Positions 1 through 9,597 of a stretch of 64,000 nucleotides of DNA are shown piece by piece. This DNA is from an uncultured delta proteobacterium (GTDB taxonomy: Bacteria > Myxococcota_A > Polyangia > Polyangiales > B10-G4): positions 1,248,001-1,312,000 of the forward strand of contig CAVSGI010000010.1 of assembly GCA_963727445.1 (NCBI GenBank). Reading direction: 5' to 3'. Under the pieces are notes generated by a model, which was not told the origin of the DNA, ran no database searches, and saw only the letters and a list, made by a program, of their open reading frames with translations. Each line of letters starts with the position of its first letter. Positions within the stretch are counted from its first letter, which is position 1. Both the position numbers and the translations under genes were made by a program.

Positions 1-286
1 GCAGGTGGTGCGCGCCGACCTGAACCTCGAGCACGTCTTCGAAGACCGCCAGTCGCACCACACCGGTCACGAGGAGCATGACGATCGAGAGGAGCGGAAC
101 GAGGATGCCCATGGTCGTGATCGCCAGAGACGGCACGAATGGAAGGAGCCCAGTGAAGAGCAACAAAGCGCCGCCTCCCCCCAACACCAGCGCAGGCAGG
201 CCACCAGCGAGAAGGAAGATCCACAGCGAGAGCCGGGCCTTTTGGCGGTGGAGCGCGGCGATGGGCACGGACACGGCCGGCAGCAT
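1..286 (-). CDS. hypothetical membrane protein (partial, runs off window start)
   Basis: Manual translation of minus strand from ATG at 286: MLPAVSVPIAALHRQKARLSLWIFLLAGGLPALVLGGGGALLLFTGLLPFVPSLAITTMGILVPLLSIVMLLVTGVVRLAVFEDVLEVQVGAHHL, open to the edge with hydrophobic segments; the plus-strand ORF 5..445 looks like its shadow. Confidence 0.55.
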   Translation of the reverse strand, partial: MLPAVSVPIAALHRQKARLSLWIFLLAGGLPALVLGGGGALLLFTGLLPFVPSLAITTMGILVPLLSIVMLLVTGVVRLAVFEDVLEVQVGAHHL

Positions 287-354
287 ACGAGGTCGGGGGG
301 TCGGGCTCACGGAAACCCCTATGGGCGCCTTCGTGAGTTTCCACACACGTCTTA

Positions 355-395
355 CCTGACGAATCGTCAGGATATGTTATCTGACACTTCGTCAG
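355..395. promoter_or_regulatory. tandem palindromic operators (CTGAC-N5-GTCAG x2), probable TetR binding sites
   Basis: Perfect inverted repeat CCTGACGA-A-TCGTCAGG at 355-371 and a second copy CTGAC-ACTTC-GTCAG at 381-395, flanking TATGTT (373-378), just upstream of the TetR ATG at 399. Confidence 0.75.
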
Positions 396-398
396 CCA

Positions 399-1016
399 AT
401 GGGACGTCCGATCGACATGGAAAAGCGCCGGGATCTGGGCCGTAGAGCGGTCGAGGTGCTGCGCCGCGAAGGCCTCGACATCTCGAACGCGCGCCTCGCC
501 GAGGCGCTCGAGATCAAACGACCGACGCTCCTCTATCACTTCCCGAGCCGCGCCCACCTCGTCGAGCAGGCCCTCGAGGAGCTCCTCACGGAGCAGGCGA
601 TCTTCGTGATGGAGCGGGTGAACCGTTACAGCCATCCCATCGACCGGATCTACGCCCAGGTTCGCGCCGTCCACGACTTCCATCGCGACCGCGAAGACCG
701 CATCGTCTTCTTGAGTCAGGCCATCGCCACCAGCTCTCGGGCGCGGATGGCCGAGATCATCGACGTGGGTAATCGGGTCTTCGCGGCCCAGCGTGCCGCC
801 GCCACCGCGCTCCTCCGCGAAGGCATGGACGAGGGCACGGTCGCCCCTTGCGATCCCGACGCCCTGATGGCGACGATCCGCGCCGCGCAAGACGGCCTGA
901 TGGTGCAGCGAGTGATGACCGGCGTGGACCTCGCGCCTGTGCACGAGTTCATTTGGAAGCACGTGCTCGAGCCGCTGAAGTGCGGCGACGGCACCGAGGA
1001 GAGGGAAGAACCATGA
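399..1016 (+). CDS. TetR/AcrR family transcriptional regulator
   Basis: N-terminal HTH ISNARLAEALEIKRPTLLYHFPSR; 205 aa; ATGA overlap with next gene. Confidence 0.9.
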   Translation: MGRPIDMEKRRDLGRRAVEVLRREGLDISNARLAEALEIKRPTLLYHFPSRAHLVEQALEELLTEQAIFVMERVNRYSHPIDRIYAQVRAVHDFHRDREDRIVFLSQAIATSSRARMAEIIDVGNRVFAAQRAAATALLREGMDEGTVAPCDPDALMATIRAAQDGLMVQRVMTGVDLAPVHEFIWKHVLEPLKCGDGTEEREEP

Positions 1017-2452
1017 CGAAGCGATCGTTTCCCCAGGGTGGGCAGAGCCGCGAGGAGATCCTCGCCGCGCTGACCGACGCCAAATCCCGCGACCTCGAGA
1101 CCGACGGGCGCGCCTTCGCCTTCATCTACGATGCAGGTGAAGAAGCCCGTTCGCTCGCGCGCGAAGCCTACGCCGCGTGTATGAGCATCAACGGGCTCGA
1201 CCCGACGGTCTATCCATCGGCGCGCAAGCTCGAGAACTTCGTGGTTGGCGCCTGCCTCGACTTGATGAACGCGCCCGAGGGCGCGGTGGGCACCGCGACG
1301 GCGGGGGGTACCGAGAGCGTGATGCTCGCGGTGAAAGCCGCTCGCGATTACGCCCGCAAGCACCGGCCCGAGGTGAAGCATCCGAAGATGCTCCTCCCCG
1401 AGACGGCGCACGCCTGCTTCCACAAGGGCGCCCATTATCTCGGGGTCGACGTCGTGACGGTGGACGTCGACCCCGAGACGATGCGGGCCTCGGTCGAAGA
1501 CGCGCGCGCGAAGATGAGCGACGAGGTGATCCTGGTGGTCGGCTCGGCCCCCAGCTACGCGCACGGCGTGATCGATCCCATCGAGGGTCTGGCGAAGCTC
1601 GCCGCGGCAAACGGCGCCCTGATGCACGTGGATGCCTGCGTCGGCGGCTGCGTCCTGCCCTTCATGCGTGACAACGGCGTCGACGTGGCGCCCTTCGACT
1701 TCGCGGTGGAGGGCGTGACCAGCATCTCCCTCGACCTTCACAAGTACGGCTTCGCGCCGAAGGGGATCTCGATCCTGCTCCAGCGCAACAAGGAGCTCCG
1801 CGAGGCGCAGTACTTCGCCTGCGCCACCTGGACCGGCTACTCGGTCATCAACGCGACCACCCTCGGCAGCAAGTCCTGCTCGGCGCTGGGCGGCGCGTTC
1901 GCGCTGCTCAACCACCTCGGCCGCGACGGCTATCGCGCCCACGCCGACGCCATGTGGAAAGCCACCCAGAAGGCGCTCGCTGGCATCGAGCGCATCGACG
2001 GCGTCCACGCCGTCACCAAGCCCGACGCGAACCTCTTCGCTTTCGCCACCGAGGAAGGCGACATCTTCGAGCTCGCCGACCGTCTCACGGAGCACGGCTG
2101 GCACGTGCAGCCGACCTATTCGTACGGTCGCTCTCCCACCCACATCCACCTCACCATCGAGCCGACCAACGCGGCGCACATCGACGACTTCATCGCCGAT
2201 CTCGAAAAGTGCATGGAGGGGCTACCCCCGAAGCAGGAGGCGCCCGCGCCCGTGGTCGCCATGCTCGAGCAGATCACGCAGGCGAGCGGCGAAGACGACG
2301 GCCTCGACGCCGGCATGTTGATGGGACAGCTGGGCATCACCGACGGTCAGCTCCCATCTCAGAGCGCGATCATCCATCGTCTGATCGACGCCGCCTCCCC
2401 CGCCGCTCGCGAGCGCCTCCTCGTCCTCTTCTTCGGGGAGCTCTTCTCGTGA
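1013..2452 (+). CDS. PLP-dependent decarboxylase/lyase, sphingosine-1-phosphate lyase-like
   Basis: GGTES, HVDACVGG and SISLDLHKYGFAPKG (PLP lysine) motifs; start ATG 1013 overlaps TetR stop. Confidence 0.85.
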   Translation: MTKRSFPQGGQSREEILAALTDAKSRDLETDGRAFAFIYDAGEEARSLAREAYAACMSINGLDPTVYPSARKLENFVVGACLDLMNAPEGAVGTATAGGTESVMLAVKAARDYARKHRPEVKHPKMLLPETAHACFHKGAHYLGVDVVTVDVDPETMRASVEDARAKMSDEVILVVGSAPSYAHGVIDPIEGLAKLAAANGALMHVDACVGGCVLPFMRDNGVDVAPFDFAVEGVTSISLDLHKYGFAPKGISILLQRNKELREAQYFACATWTGYSVINATTLGSKSCSALGGAFALLNHLGRDGYRAHADAMWKATQKALAGIERIDGVHAVTKPDANLFAFATEEGDIFELADRLTEHGWHVQPTYSYGRSPTHIHLTIEPTNAAHIDDFIADLEKCMEGLPPKQEAPAPVVAMLEQITQASGEDDGLDAGMLMGQLGITDGQLPSQSAIIHRLIDAASPAARERLLVLFFGELFS

Positions 2453-4020
2453 AGCGGCCGCGCTTGCCCCGCCTCGGCCGCGGCGGCCCCAAGCTCCGCA
2501 TCGGCTACGGCCGGATCTTCCACGAAGCGAACACCTTTTCGCCCTCCCTGACCGAGCGCGAGGCGTTCACCGGCTTCCACCACCTCCTCGGGGACGCGCT
2601 CGCCGAAACGGCGACGCTCCGTGGATCCGAGCTGAAAGGCTACCTGCCCCACGCCGAGCTCACGGGCTTCTGCCAGGCAGCACGCCTCGCGGGTGACGTC
2701 GAGACGGTGCCGCTGTCGTCTTCCTTCGCGGTACCGAGCGGGCCGCTCACGCTGGACACCTTCGAGTGGTTGCTCGACGTGCTGATCGACCGCGTCCTCG
2801 GAGCGGGCGAGCTCGACGGGATCTACCTCGCCCTTCACGGCTCGATGGAGGTGAAGGGCCTGGGCGAAGCGCCCGAGGCGGTGATCCTCCGGCGGGTGCG
2901 CCAAGCGGCTCCCCGCGCGCGCATCGCCGTGAGCTACGACCTGCACGGCAACCTCTCTTCCGGCCTCGTCGATCCGGTCGACGTCCTGATCGCCTACCGC
3001 ACCAACCCCCACTGGGATCTGGCGCCCACCGGCTTCCGCGCCGGCAATCGCCTCATCCGAACCCTTCGCGGCGAGTGCCAGCCGGTCCACGCCTGGCGCA
3101 AGCTCCCGATCGTCCTGGGCGGCGGCACCACCATCGACTTCATGAAGCCGATGCGGAAGATCTTCCGCGCGATGAAGGAGATGGAGAAAGACCCGCGCGT
3201 GCTCAGCGCGAGCCTCTTCATGGTGCACCCCTACACCAGCGCCGACGACCTCGGCTGGGCGGCGCACGTCTCTACGGACGGCGACCAGGCGCTCGCCGAC
3301 ACCCTCGCCAGCGAGCTCGCCGACCGCGCCTGGTCCGTGCGCAAGGTGGAGCTGCCGCCGATGCGAAAGGCAAGAGAAGCGCTCGACGAGGTGCGTGACG
3401 GATCGTGGCGAAAGCTCGGCCCCGTCACCCTGGTCGACGTGGACGACATCGTCGGCGCCGGGGCGCCCGGCGGAAACACGCGCATCCTCGAGGAGCTGGT
3501 GCGAGACGATCGCGGCCTCACCACCCTGTTGACGGTGCACGATCCCGCGCTCGTCGACGAGCTCTGGGAGGCGCCGGTCGGCTCACGGAAGAGAATCACC
3601 GTGCGCGGGACCCCGGGCTACGATCAGCCGCCGGTGGAGATGGTCGCGACGCTGGCCTCACGGCGCGAGACGGACTTCGGTCGGACGCTGCGCCTCGACT
3701 TCGGTGGCATCCGCCTGGTCGTCGCGGAGCAGCCGCCGCTCCCCGTCCATCCCAAGCTCTTCCGTGAGATGGGTCTGAAGGTCCGCGACGCTGACGCGAT
3801 CGTGCAAAAGAACTTCTTCCACTACCGGATCTTCTACGCGGCCTCCTCGTTCCACCACATCCCGGTCGTGACCGACGGAGCGACCAGCCTGATCCGAGTA
3901 CGGGAGCGGGAGTACCGCATCCCGACCTGGCCGGGCAGCGACCCGAGCGATTGGCGCAGCGCCAATCGCATCCTGCGCGAAGGGCTCGCACGCGGGTCCG
4001 AAGACGTCGTGCGAGCGTAG
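2449..4020 (+). CDS. M81 family (MlrC-like) metallopeptidase/amidohydrolase
   Basis: HEANTF, LALHGSM, SYDLHGN and YRTNPHWD motifs; GTG 2449 overlaps previous stop (GTGA). Confidence 0.85.
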   Translation: MKRPRLPRLGRGGPKLRIGYGRIFHEANTFSPSLTEREAFTGFHHLLGDALAETATLRGSELKGYLPHAELTGFCQAARLAGDVETVPLSSSFAVPSGPLTLDTFEWLLDVLIDRVLGAGELDGIYLALHGSMEVKGLGEAPEAVILRRVRQAAPRARIAVSYDLHGNLSSGLVDPVDVLIAYRTNPHWDLAPTGFRAGNRLIRTLRGECQPVHAWRKLPIVLGGGTTIDFMKPMRKIFRAMKEMEKDPRVLSASLFMVHPYTSADDLGWAAHVSTDGDQALADTLASELADRAWSVRKVELPPMRKAREALDEVRDGSWRKLGPVTLVDVDDIVGAGAPGGNTRILEELVRDDRGLTTLLTVHDPALVDELWEAPVGSRKRITVRGTPGYDQPPVEMVATLASRRETDFGRTLRLDFGGIRLVVAEQPPLPVHPKLFREMGLKVRDADAIVQKNFFHYRIFYAASSFHHIPVVTDGATSLIRVREREYRIPTWPGSDPSDWRSANRILREGLARGSEDVVRA

Positions 4021-4055
4021 GTCGAGAGCGAACCCTCTGTTACTCTCGGAGCTGG

Positions 4056-4429
4056 ATGCTCCTCCGTGTCGCGCTGCTCTCGACGCTCTCGTTCGGCATG
4101 GTGGCCTCGAGCCCCGACGTAGGCATCTCCGTGGGCAGCGGCTCGGCCATCATGTCGCGCCTCGTCGCCGTCGATCCACGCGCCGGCGACACGCCCACCC
4201 GCAGGCCTTCGGCACCTCCGAGAGCTATCTGACGAGCTCCGGCAGCTCGCGCGAGCGCTTCATCATCCTCGCGACCGACGGCCTGCCGGAGCCGGCGTGT
4301 GGCTCCACCCTCCCCGCCGCCATCGCCGGTGGACGTCCGCGCAGCGGCGGAGGGCTCCGCTACTACGAAGCGGTGGGAGGACAGCGCTCGACCGGGCGGC
4401 GATCGCGTGGCAGGCTCGGCGCGCCGTGA
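4056..4429 (+). pseudogene. degraded von Willebrand factor A (VWA) domain gene remnant
   Basis: GDTPT in one frame, then after an indel near 4200 ESYLTSSGSSRERFIILATDGLPEPACG...GGRPRSGGGLRYYEA; the N-terminal DxSxS strand and a central block are missing. Confidence 0.55.
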
Positions 4430-6510
4430 ACCAGGGGCGATCGCGGACCAAGCTCGCAGCAGGGATGGCCATCGGTGTGGTGGTGGTCGTCGGCGCGGGC
4501 GTCGGCGCGTACCTCCTCGGCGGCGATGCCGCGAGCACCGCCGACGTCCCCAAGATCGCGGCCCGCCTGCGCGCGACCGACATGAAAGCCTCGGCCGATC
4601 CCCAGACCGGCCTCAGGCCCCTGATCAGCGTCCTCGCCGAGCCGACCGAGTACGACGCCATCGCTGTCGGACGCGATGGAACCCTCGCGCTCGCGATCCG
4701 CCAGGAAGGCGAGGTGCGGATCGTTCGCTTCGCCTCCGGGGAACAATCGGCCAGCTTCATCGAAGGCGCCCAGGCGGTCACCGCCCTGGGGGTCGATCCC
4801 GACGGGACGATCTACGTGGGGCTCCGGCGCGGAGGCTTCGCACACATCACCCCCAACGGCGCGGTCCAACAGGACACGACGCTGGCGGAAGGCTTTTCGA
4901 TCGTCGGCTTCGCCTTCGACCCGGCGTCACGGCGCTCGGCAGTGATGCTCAGCGGTGGCGAGGTGCGTATGGGGCTGAGGCCCATCAGCGCCGACTCGCT
5001 CCAGACGGTGACCATGCCCGCGGATGCGCGGATCCGCGCCATGACCTACGACGGCGATGGGGACCTCTGGGTGGCCGGCGACGCAGGCGCAGTCTTCGAG
5101 TCGACCGACGAGGGCTGGGAGGAGCACAACCTGATGACGCCCGGGCGCGTCACCGCTTTCGGGACCGGACCGGACGGAGACGTGGTGGCCGGCCAGGCGG
5201 GCGGGCAGATCTACCGGGGCGATGGCGGCGCGTGGTCACTCGTCGGCCAGGTCGGCACGACGCCGGTGGCGGTGGGAAGCGACGCGGAAGGCGCGGTGGT
5301 GGTGGCGGGAGCCGACGGCAGCCTGCACCGCCAGGGAGAGAGCAGCGCCGACTTCGTCGGGGTGACGGGGTACACGCCGCCCGACGGAGAGCACGCGGTG
5401 CACGGCGCGGTGCTGCTCGGCCCGATCGCCGCCTTGGTGACGCCGGAGCGCGCGTGGGTGTGGGACGACGTCCTGTGGGACTCGGCCGCCGACGACGTGC
5501 AGCATCCCGCGGGCGCCGAGGGACGTGTGGCGCCGCTCGGGCCCTGGTCAGCGCGATTCGTGGGTGACCCGCCGACGTACTTTCTGCCGGAAGGGGACGA
5601 GAGCATGGTGCGGCGCTACGAAGACGGCGTGCTCGTGTCCCTCGAAGAGGTTCCCTATCGCGGCGGCACGGTGAGCGCGACGTCCTTCCGATACGCCGTG
5701 CGCTCGGCGATCCCCGGCCGCCGGGTGTGGGTGAACGACGCGTACTACGCGATGGACGACCACGGCATCTCGCGTTGGGACGGCTCGGAGGGCTACGTCG
5801 AGCTGGCGCAATTCCCACAGGACGCCGGGCGTCTGGTGAACGCGAGCGGGCGGCCGACCGCCGAGGGCATCGAGATCGTCGCCGTCACCGATAGCGGCGA
5901 CATCTACCGCGCGGTGCTGGGCCCGGAAGAAGGCGCGTTCGAAGAGGTGGTGCCCTACGCGCGCTTCGAAGCGCTCACGCCGGAGGCGGAAGGCGAGGCG
6001 GAAGGCGAGGAGCAGCGCTTCCCCGCCAGCGCCAGCGTGACGTCCCTCTCCCTCGGCCGGCTCCTCGTGATCCACGACGCCGAGCGGATCTTCTCTGTCG
6101 ATCTGGCCGCCGATAGCGTGGAGCCGCTCGACCTCGGCGTCCCCGGTCGGATTCACGGCGTGGTCGCCATGCCTTCGGGGGCGCTCATCGCAAAGGGCAC
6201 CGGCTTGTTCGAGATCGGCGAGGACTTCGGTGTCACGCCCTGGGCGATCCCCGAAGGGGTCGTCGCTCGCTTCTCCGCGCGAGGCGGACAGCTGCTCTTC
6301 GCGACGCGCAGCGATCAGACGCTCATCGGGGGGGACAACCAGGGACGGACATTCGCCTTCCGGTGCCGCGCGCGCGCCTGCGAGCGGCTCCCCCTGCCCG
6401 CGAGCGTCGTCCCCGCCGCGCTCTTCTTCGCCAGCGACGACGAGGCGCTCGTGTGGCGAGAGGATGGCGTCTTGTCCGTGTTGCCGCTCGGCGTTCCCCC
6501 CGGAGCCTGA
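4426..6510 (+). CDS. membrane-anchored beta-propeller (WD40/YVTN-like) protein
   Basis: N-terminal TM segment AIGVVVVVGAGVGAYLL; repeated blade-like motifs (VTALGVDPDGTIYVG, IRAMTYDGDGDLWVAG); GTG start inferred. Confidence 0.7.
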   Translation: MNQGRSRTKLAAGMAIGVVVVVGAGVGAYLLGGDAASTADVPKIAARLRATDMKASADPQTGLRPLISVLAEPTEYDAIAVGRDGTLALAIRQEGEVRIVRFASGEQSASFIEGAQAVTALGVDPDGTIYVGLRRGGFAHITPNGAVQQDTTLAEGFSIVGFAFDPASRRSAVMLSGGEVRMGLRPISADSLQTVTMPADARIRAMTYDGDGDLWVAGDAGAVFESTDEGWEEHNLMTPGRVTAFGTGPDGDVVAGQAGGQIYRGDGGAWSLVGQVGTTPVAVGSDAEGAVVVAGADGSLHRQGESSADFVGVTGYTPPDGEHAVHGAVLLGPIAALVTPERAWVWDDVLWDSAADDVQHPAGAEGRVAPLGPWSARFVGDPPTYFLPEGDESMVRRYEDGVLVSLEEVPYRGGTVSATSFRYAVRSAIPGRRVWVNDAYYAMDDHGISRWDGSEGYVELAQFPQDAGRLVNASGRPTAEGIEIVAVTDSGDIYRAVLGPEEGAFEEVVPYARFEALTPEAEGEAEGEEQRFPASASVTSLSLGRLLVIHDAERIFSVDLAADSVEPLDLGVPGRIHGVVAMPSGALIAKGTGLFEIGEDFGVTPWAIPEGVVARFSARGGQLLFATRSDQTLIGGDNQGRTFAFRCRARACERLPLPASVVPAALFFASDDEALVWREDGVLSVLPLGVPPGA

Positions 6511-6522
6511 TAGAATCCCCCC

Positions 6523-9500
6523 GTGGGTCCTCGGTCACCCCGACGCTTTCTTTCCCTCGCGCTGGTCCTTCTGCTTCCTGTGTTGGTGAGCTGCGCGGAC
6601 AAGACGTCGATGCTGATCGAGGTGACCTCGGAGCTCGAGGTCCCGAGTCAGATCGACGCGATCGAGGTCCTCGTCACCGGCGACGTCGCCGGCAGCATGG
6701 TCAACCGAACCTACGAGCTGTCGACGCCGTGGCCGCACACCATCTCGGTCCGGCCGGGCGAGACCGAAACCCAGGGTGTGACGATCCAGGTGACGGCGCG
6801 CCTCGGCGGCGGATTCGTGGCGCAGCGGCTGGTGCGGAGCGCCTTCGTCTCTGGAGAGGAGGTGGTGGTTCGAATCGACCTGCCCGCGTCCTGCGTGTCG
6901 GTCGTCTGCGATACGGGCGAGGACTGCCGGGACGGCACCTGCGTGCCCATCGGGGGCAACATGGATGCGGGGCCGATGGACGCGGGTACGGACAGCGGCC
7001 CGATGGACACTGGCGTCGACGCTGGCTGCAGCAGCGCCGCCGAGTGCAACGACGACGTGCCCTGCACCCAGGACACGTGCCAGGACGGCGCCTGCGTGAA
7101 CGAGCCCGACGACACGCTCTGCGAGGTGGGGTCGACCTGCGATCCGGTGGACGGCTGCCCGCTTCGCGCATGCGTGATGGATTCCGACTGCAGCGATGGC
7201 GTGGTCTGCAATGGCACCGAGGTCTGCGCCTCGATGTCGTGCGCGCCTGGCGTGGTGATCGACTGCAACGATGGCGACACCTGCACCAGCGATCAATGCG
7301 ACGAGTCGATGCGTGGGGCGTGCCTGCACACGACCAAGGACGCGGATGGCGACGGCTTCGGCGACTCGATGTGCGCAGAGACGGGGGGGGTGCCCGCCAC
7401 CGACTGCAACGACACCAACCCCGACGTGAATCCCATGGCGCCAGAGACCTGCAACGGGATCGACGACGATTGCATGAACGGCTGCGACGACCCCTTCACC
7501 TGCTGTCGCGGCGAGATCGGGATGTGCACGACCAGCTGTGGCACGACCGGGACGCGGGTCTGCAACACCTCATGCGCCTGGGACGTCTGCGCCCCTCCCG
7601 CAGAGACGTGCAACGGCGTGGACGACGACTGCAACGGCAGCGCCGACGACGTCTTCGCGTGTGTTCAGGGGGCGACCGAGACCTGCACCACCGGCTGCGG
7701 CTCCCCGGGCACGCGCACCTGCCTCACCGACTGCTCCTGGAGCGCCTGCATGGCGCCCGCCGAGACGTGCAACGGAGGCGACGACGACTGCGACATGAGT
7801 GTCGACGAGGACTTCGCGTGCGTTCGCGGAACCTCCACCGGGTGCACCACCAGCTGTGGCTCCACCGGTTCCCGCACCTGCGACACGAGCTGCACGCTCG
7901 GCTCCTGCACGCCGCCCCCCGAGGGCTGTAACGGCGTCGACGACGACTGCGATGGCGCAGTGGACGAGACGAGCGAGTGCATGCCGGGGACCACCGGAAC
8001 GTGCGTGACGAGCTGCGGGTCCACCGGGATGCGCACCTGTGGCTCGACCTGCGTCTACGGCACCTGCAATCCGCCGGCAGAGACCTGCAACTCCATCGAC
8101 GACGACTGCGACGGTCGGATCGACGAGACCTCCACCTGCATCCCGGGCACCACCGGGAGCTGCACGACCGGCTGTGGCACGGCCGGCATTCGCACCTGCA
8201 GCGCGTCCTGCAGCTGGAGCGCCTGCGCGCCCCCCATCGAAGCCTGTAACGGTCTGGACGACGACTGCGACACGATGTGCGACGAGACCTTCACCTGCTG
8301 CGCTGGGACGAGCGGCTCGTGCACGACGAGCTGCGGGACCACGGGGTCCCGTACATGCACCTCCTCTTGTGGCTGGAGCGCCTGCTCACCGCCCGCGGAG
8401 GTCTGCAACGGCATGGACGACGACTGCAACGCCACCTGCGACGACGGCTTCGGCTGTTGCGCGGGGACGACGGGAAGTTGCACCACCACCTGCGGATCGA
8501 CCGGGAGCCGCACCTGCTCTTCGAGCTGCACCTGGGGCGCGTGCGCGGTGCCTGCCGAAATCTGTAACGGGGTCGACGACGACTGCGACGGCGCCATCGA
8601 CGAGACCCAGACCTGCATCGCAGGCGAGATGGGGTCCTGCACCACCAGCTGCGGCTCGACCGGAAACCGCACCTGCTCGGGCTCTTGTGCCTGGGGCTCG
8701 TGCAATCCGCCGACCGAGGCCTGTAACGGCGTGGACGACGACTGCGACTCCGCCGTGGATGAAGGCTGCGGCGGGTGTGGAAGCTGCACGGGAGCGGCGG
8801 CCGTTTCGGCGCCAGGCGGACGGTACAACGTCCCGCTCTCCCCGAACGCCCAGACCGGCTCCTGCGGCGGCGCCGGCTCGGAGGGCTATCTCACCTTCAC
8901 CCTGGGGAGTGTCGCCGACGTCTTCATCACGACCCATCAGGCCGGTTCCATGGACACCGTCCTCTACGTCCGGGACTGCAACTGCACTGGGGCTGAGCGC
9001 GCCTGCAACGACAACGCCGACGGGCGCACCACCTCGATGCTCCGCCTGACCAATCTCCCGGCCGGCACCTACAACGTCGTCGTCGACACCAAGACGGCCA
9101 CCAGCGGCAGCGTTCCGGTCGACGTCTACATCAGCACGCCGGGCACCGAGTCGGATCGCTGCGGCAACCCCACACTCATCCCGGCAGGGGGCACGTCGAT
9201 CAGCGGCGACACCTGCTCCTTCACGATGGACTACCTGCCGACGGCCACGGTGGACTGTGACGCCTCGGGAGTGGGCGCCGGGTGGGACCGCGTCTACTAC
9301 TTCTACCTCCCGGCGGCCGCGACTGTGAGCTTCGACGGCTGTAACTCGACGTCGAACTACGACGAGACGATCTTCATCCGCTCGGTCTGCAGCAGTGGTG
9401 CGGCAGCTGACCAAGTCATGTGCATGGACGACAACTGTAGCGGCGGCCTCGGCACCTGCGGCGGCGGGCGCCGCGCCTCGAGGAGCATCGCGCTCCCGGC

Positions 9501-9588
9501 GGGGCTCTACTACTTCTTCGCCGATGGCTGGGGCACTACCTCGGGCTGCGCCTGCGGCAACTTCCGCTACGACATCAGCGGCATCTGA
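6523..9588 (+). CDS. Cys-rich lipoprotein with nine CNGxDDDC (MopE-like putative metal-binding) repeats and C-terminal beta-sandwich (PPC-like) domains
   Basis: Lipobox-like LVSC; E-x-CN-x-x-DDDC repeats at a 159-bp period from 7444 to 8716; DTVLYVR/GTYNVVVD and GLYYFFADG motifs at C-terminus. Confidence 0.85.
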   Translation: MGPRSPRRFLSLALVLLLPVLVSCADKTSMLIEVTSELEVPSQIDAIEVLVTGDVAGSMVNRTYELSTPWPHTISVRPGETETQGVTIQVTARLGGGFVAQRLVRSAFVSGEEVVVRIDLPASCVSVVCDTGEDCRDGTCVPIGGNMDAGPMDAGTDSGPMDTGVDAGCSSAAECNDDVPCTQDTCQDGACVNEPDDTLCEVGSTCDPVDGCPLRACVMDSDCSDGVVCNGTEVCASMSCAPGVVIDCNDGDTCTSDQCDESMRGACLHTTKDADGDGFGDSMCAETGGVPATDCNDTNPDVNPMAPETCNGIDDDCMNGCDDPFTCCRGEIGMCTTSCGTTGTRVCNTSCAWDVCAPPAETCNGVDDDCNGSADDVFACVQGATETCTTGCGSPGTRTCLTDCSWSACMAPAETCNGGDDDCDMSVDEDFACVRGTSTGCTTSCGSTGSRTCDTSCTLGSCTPPPEGCNGVDDDCDGAVDETSECMPGTTGTCVTSCGSTGMRTCGSTCVYGTCNPPAETCNSIDDDCDGRIDETSTCIPGTTGSCTTGCGTAGIRTCSASCSWSACAPPIEACNGLDDDCDTMCDETFTCCAGTSGSCTTSCGTTGSRTCTSSCGWSACSPPAEVCNGMDDDCNATCDDGFGCCAGTTGSCTTTCGSTGSRTCSSSCTWGACAVPAEICNGVDDDCDGAIDETQTCIAGEMGSCTTSCGSTGNRTCSGSCAWGSCNPPTEACNGVDDDCDSAVDEGCGGCGSCTGAAAVSAPGGRYNVPLSPNAQTGSCGGAGSEGYLTFTLGSVADVFITTHQAGSMDTVLYVRDCNCTGAERACNDNADGRTTSMLRLTNLPAGTYNVVVDTKTATSGSVPVDVYISTPGTESDRCGNPTLIPAGGTSISGDTCSFTMDYLPTATVDCDASGVGAGWDRVYYFYLPAAATVSFDGCNSTSNYDETIFIRSVCSSGAAADQVMCMDDNCSGGLGTCGGGRRASRSIALPAGLYYFFADGWGTTSGCACGNFRYDISGI

Positions 9589-9597
9589 GCTCGCCGC

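Noticed and set aside
2449..4020. Microcystin degradation (mlr) cluster
   Set aside because: Only an M81-family member is present; no mlrA, mlrB or mlrD.
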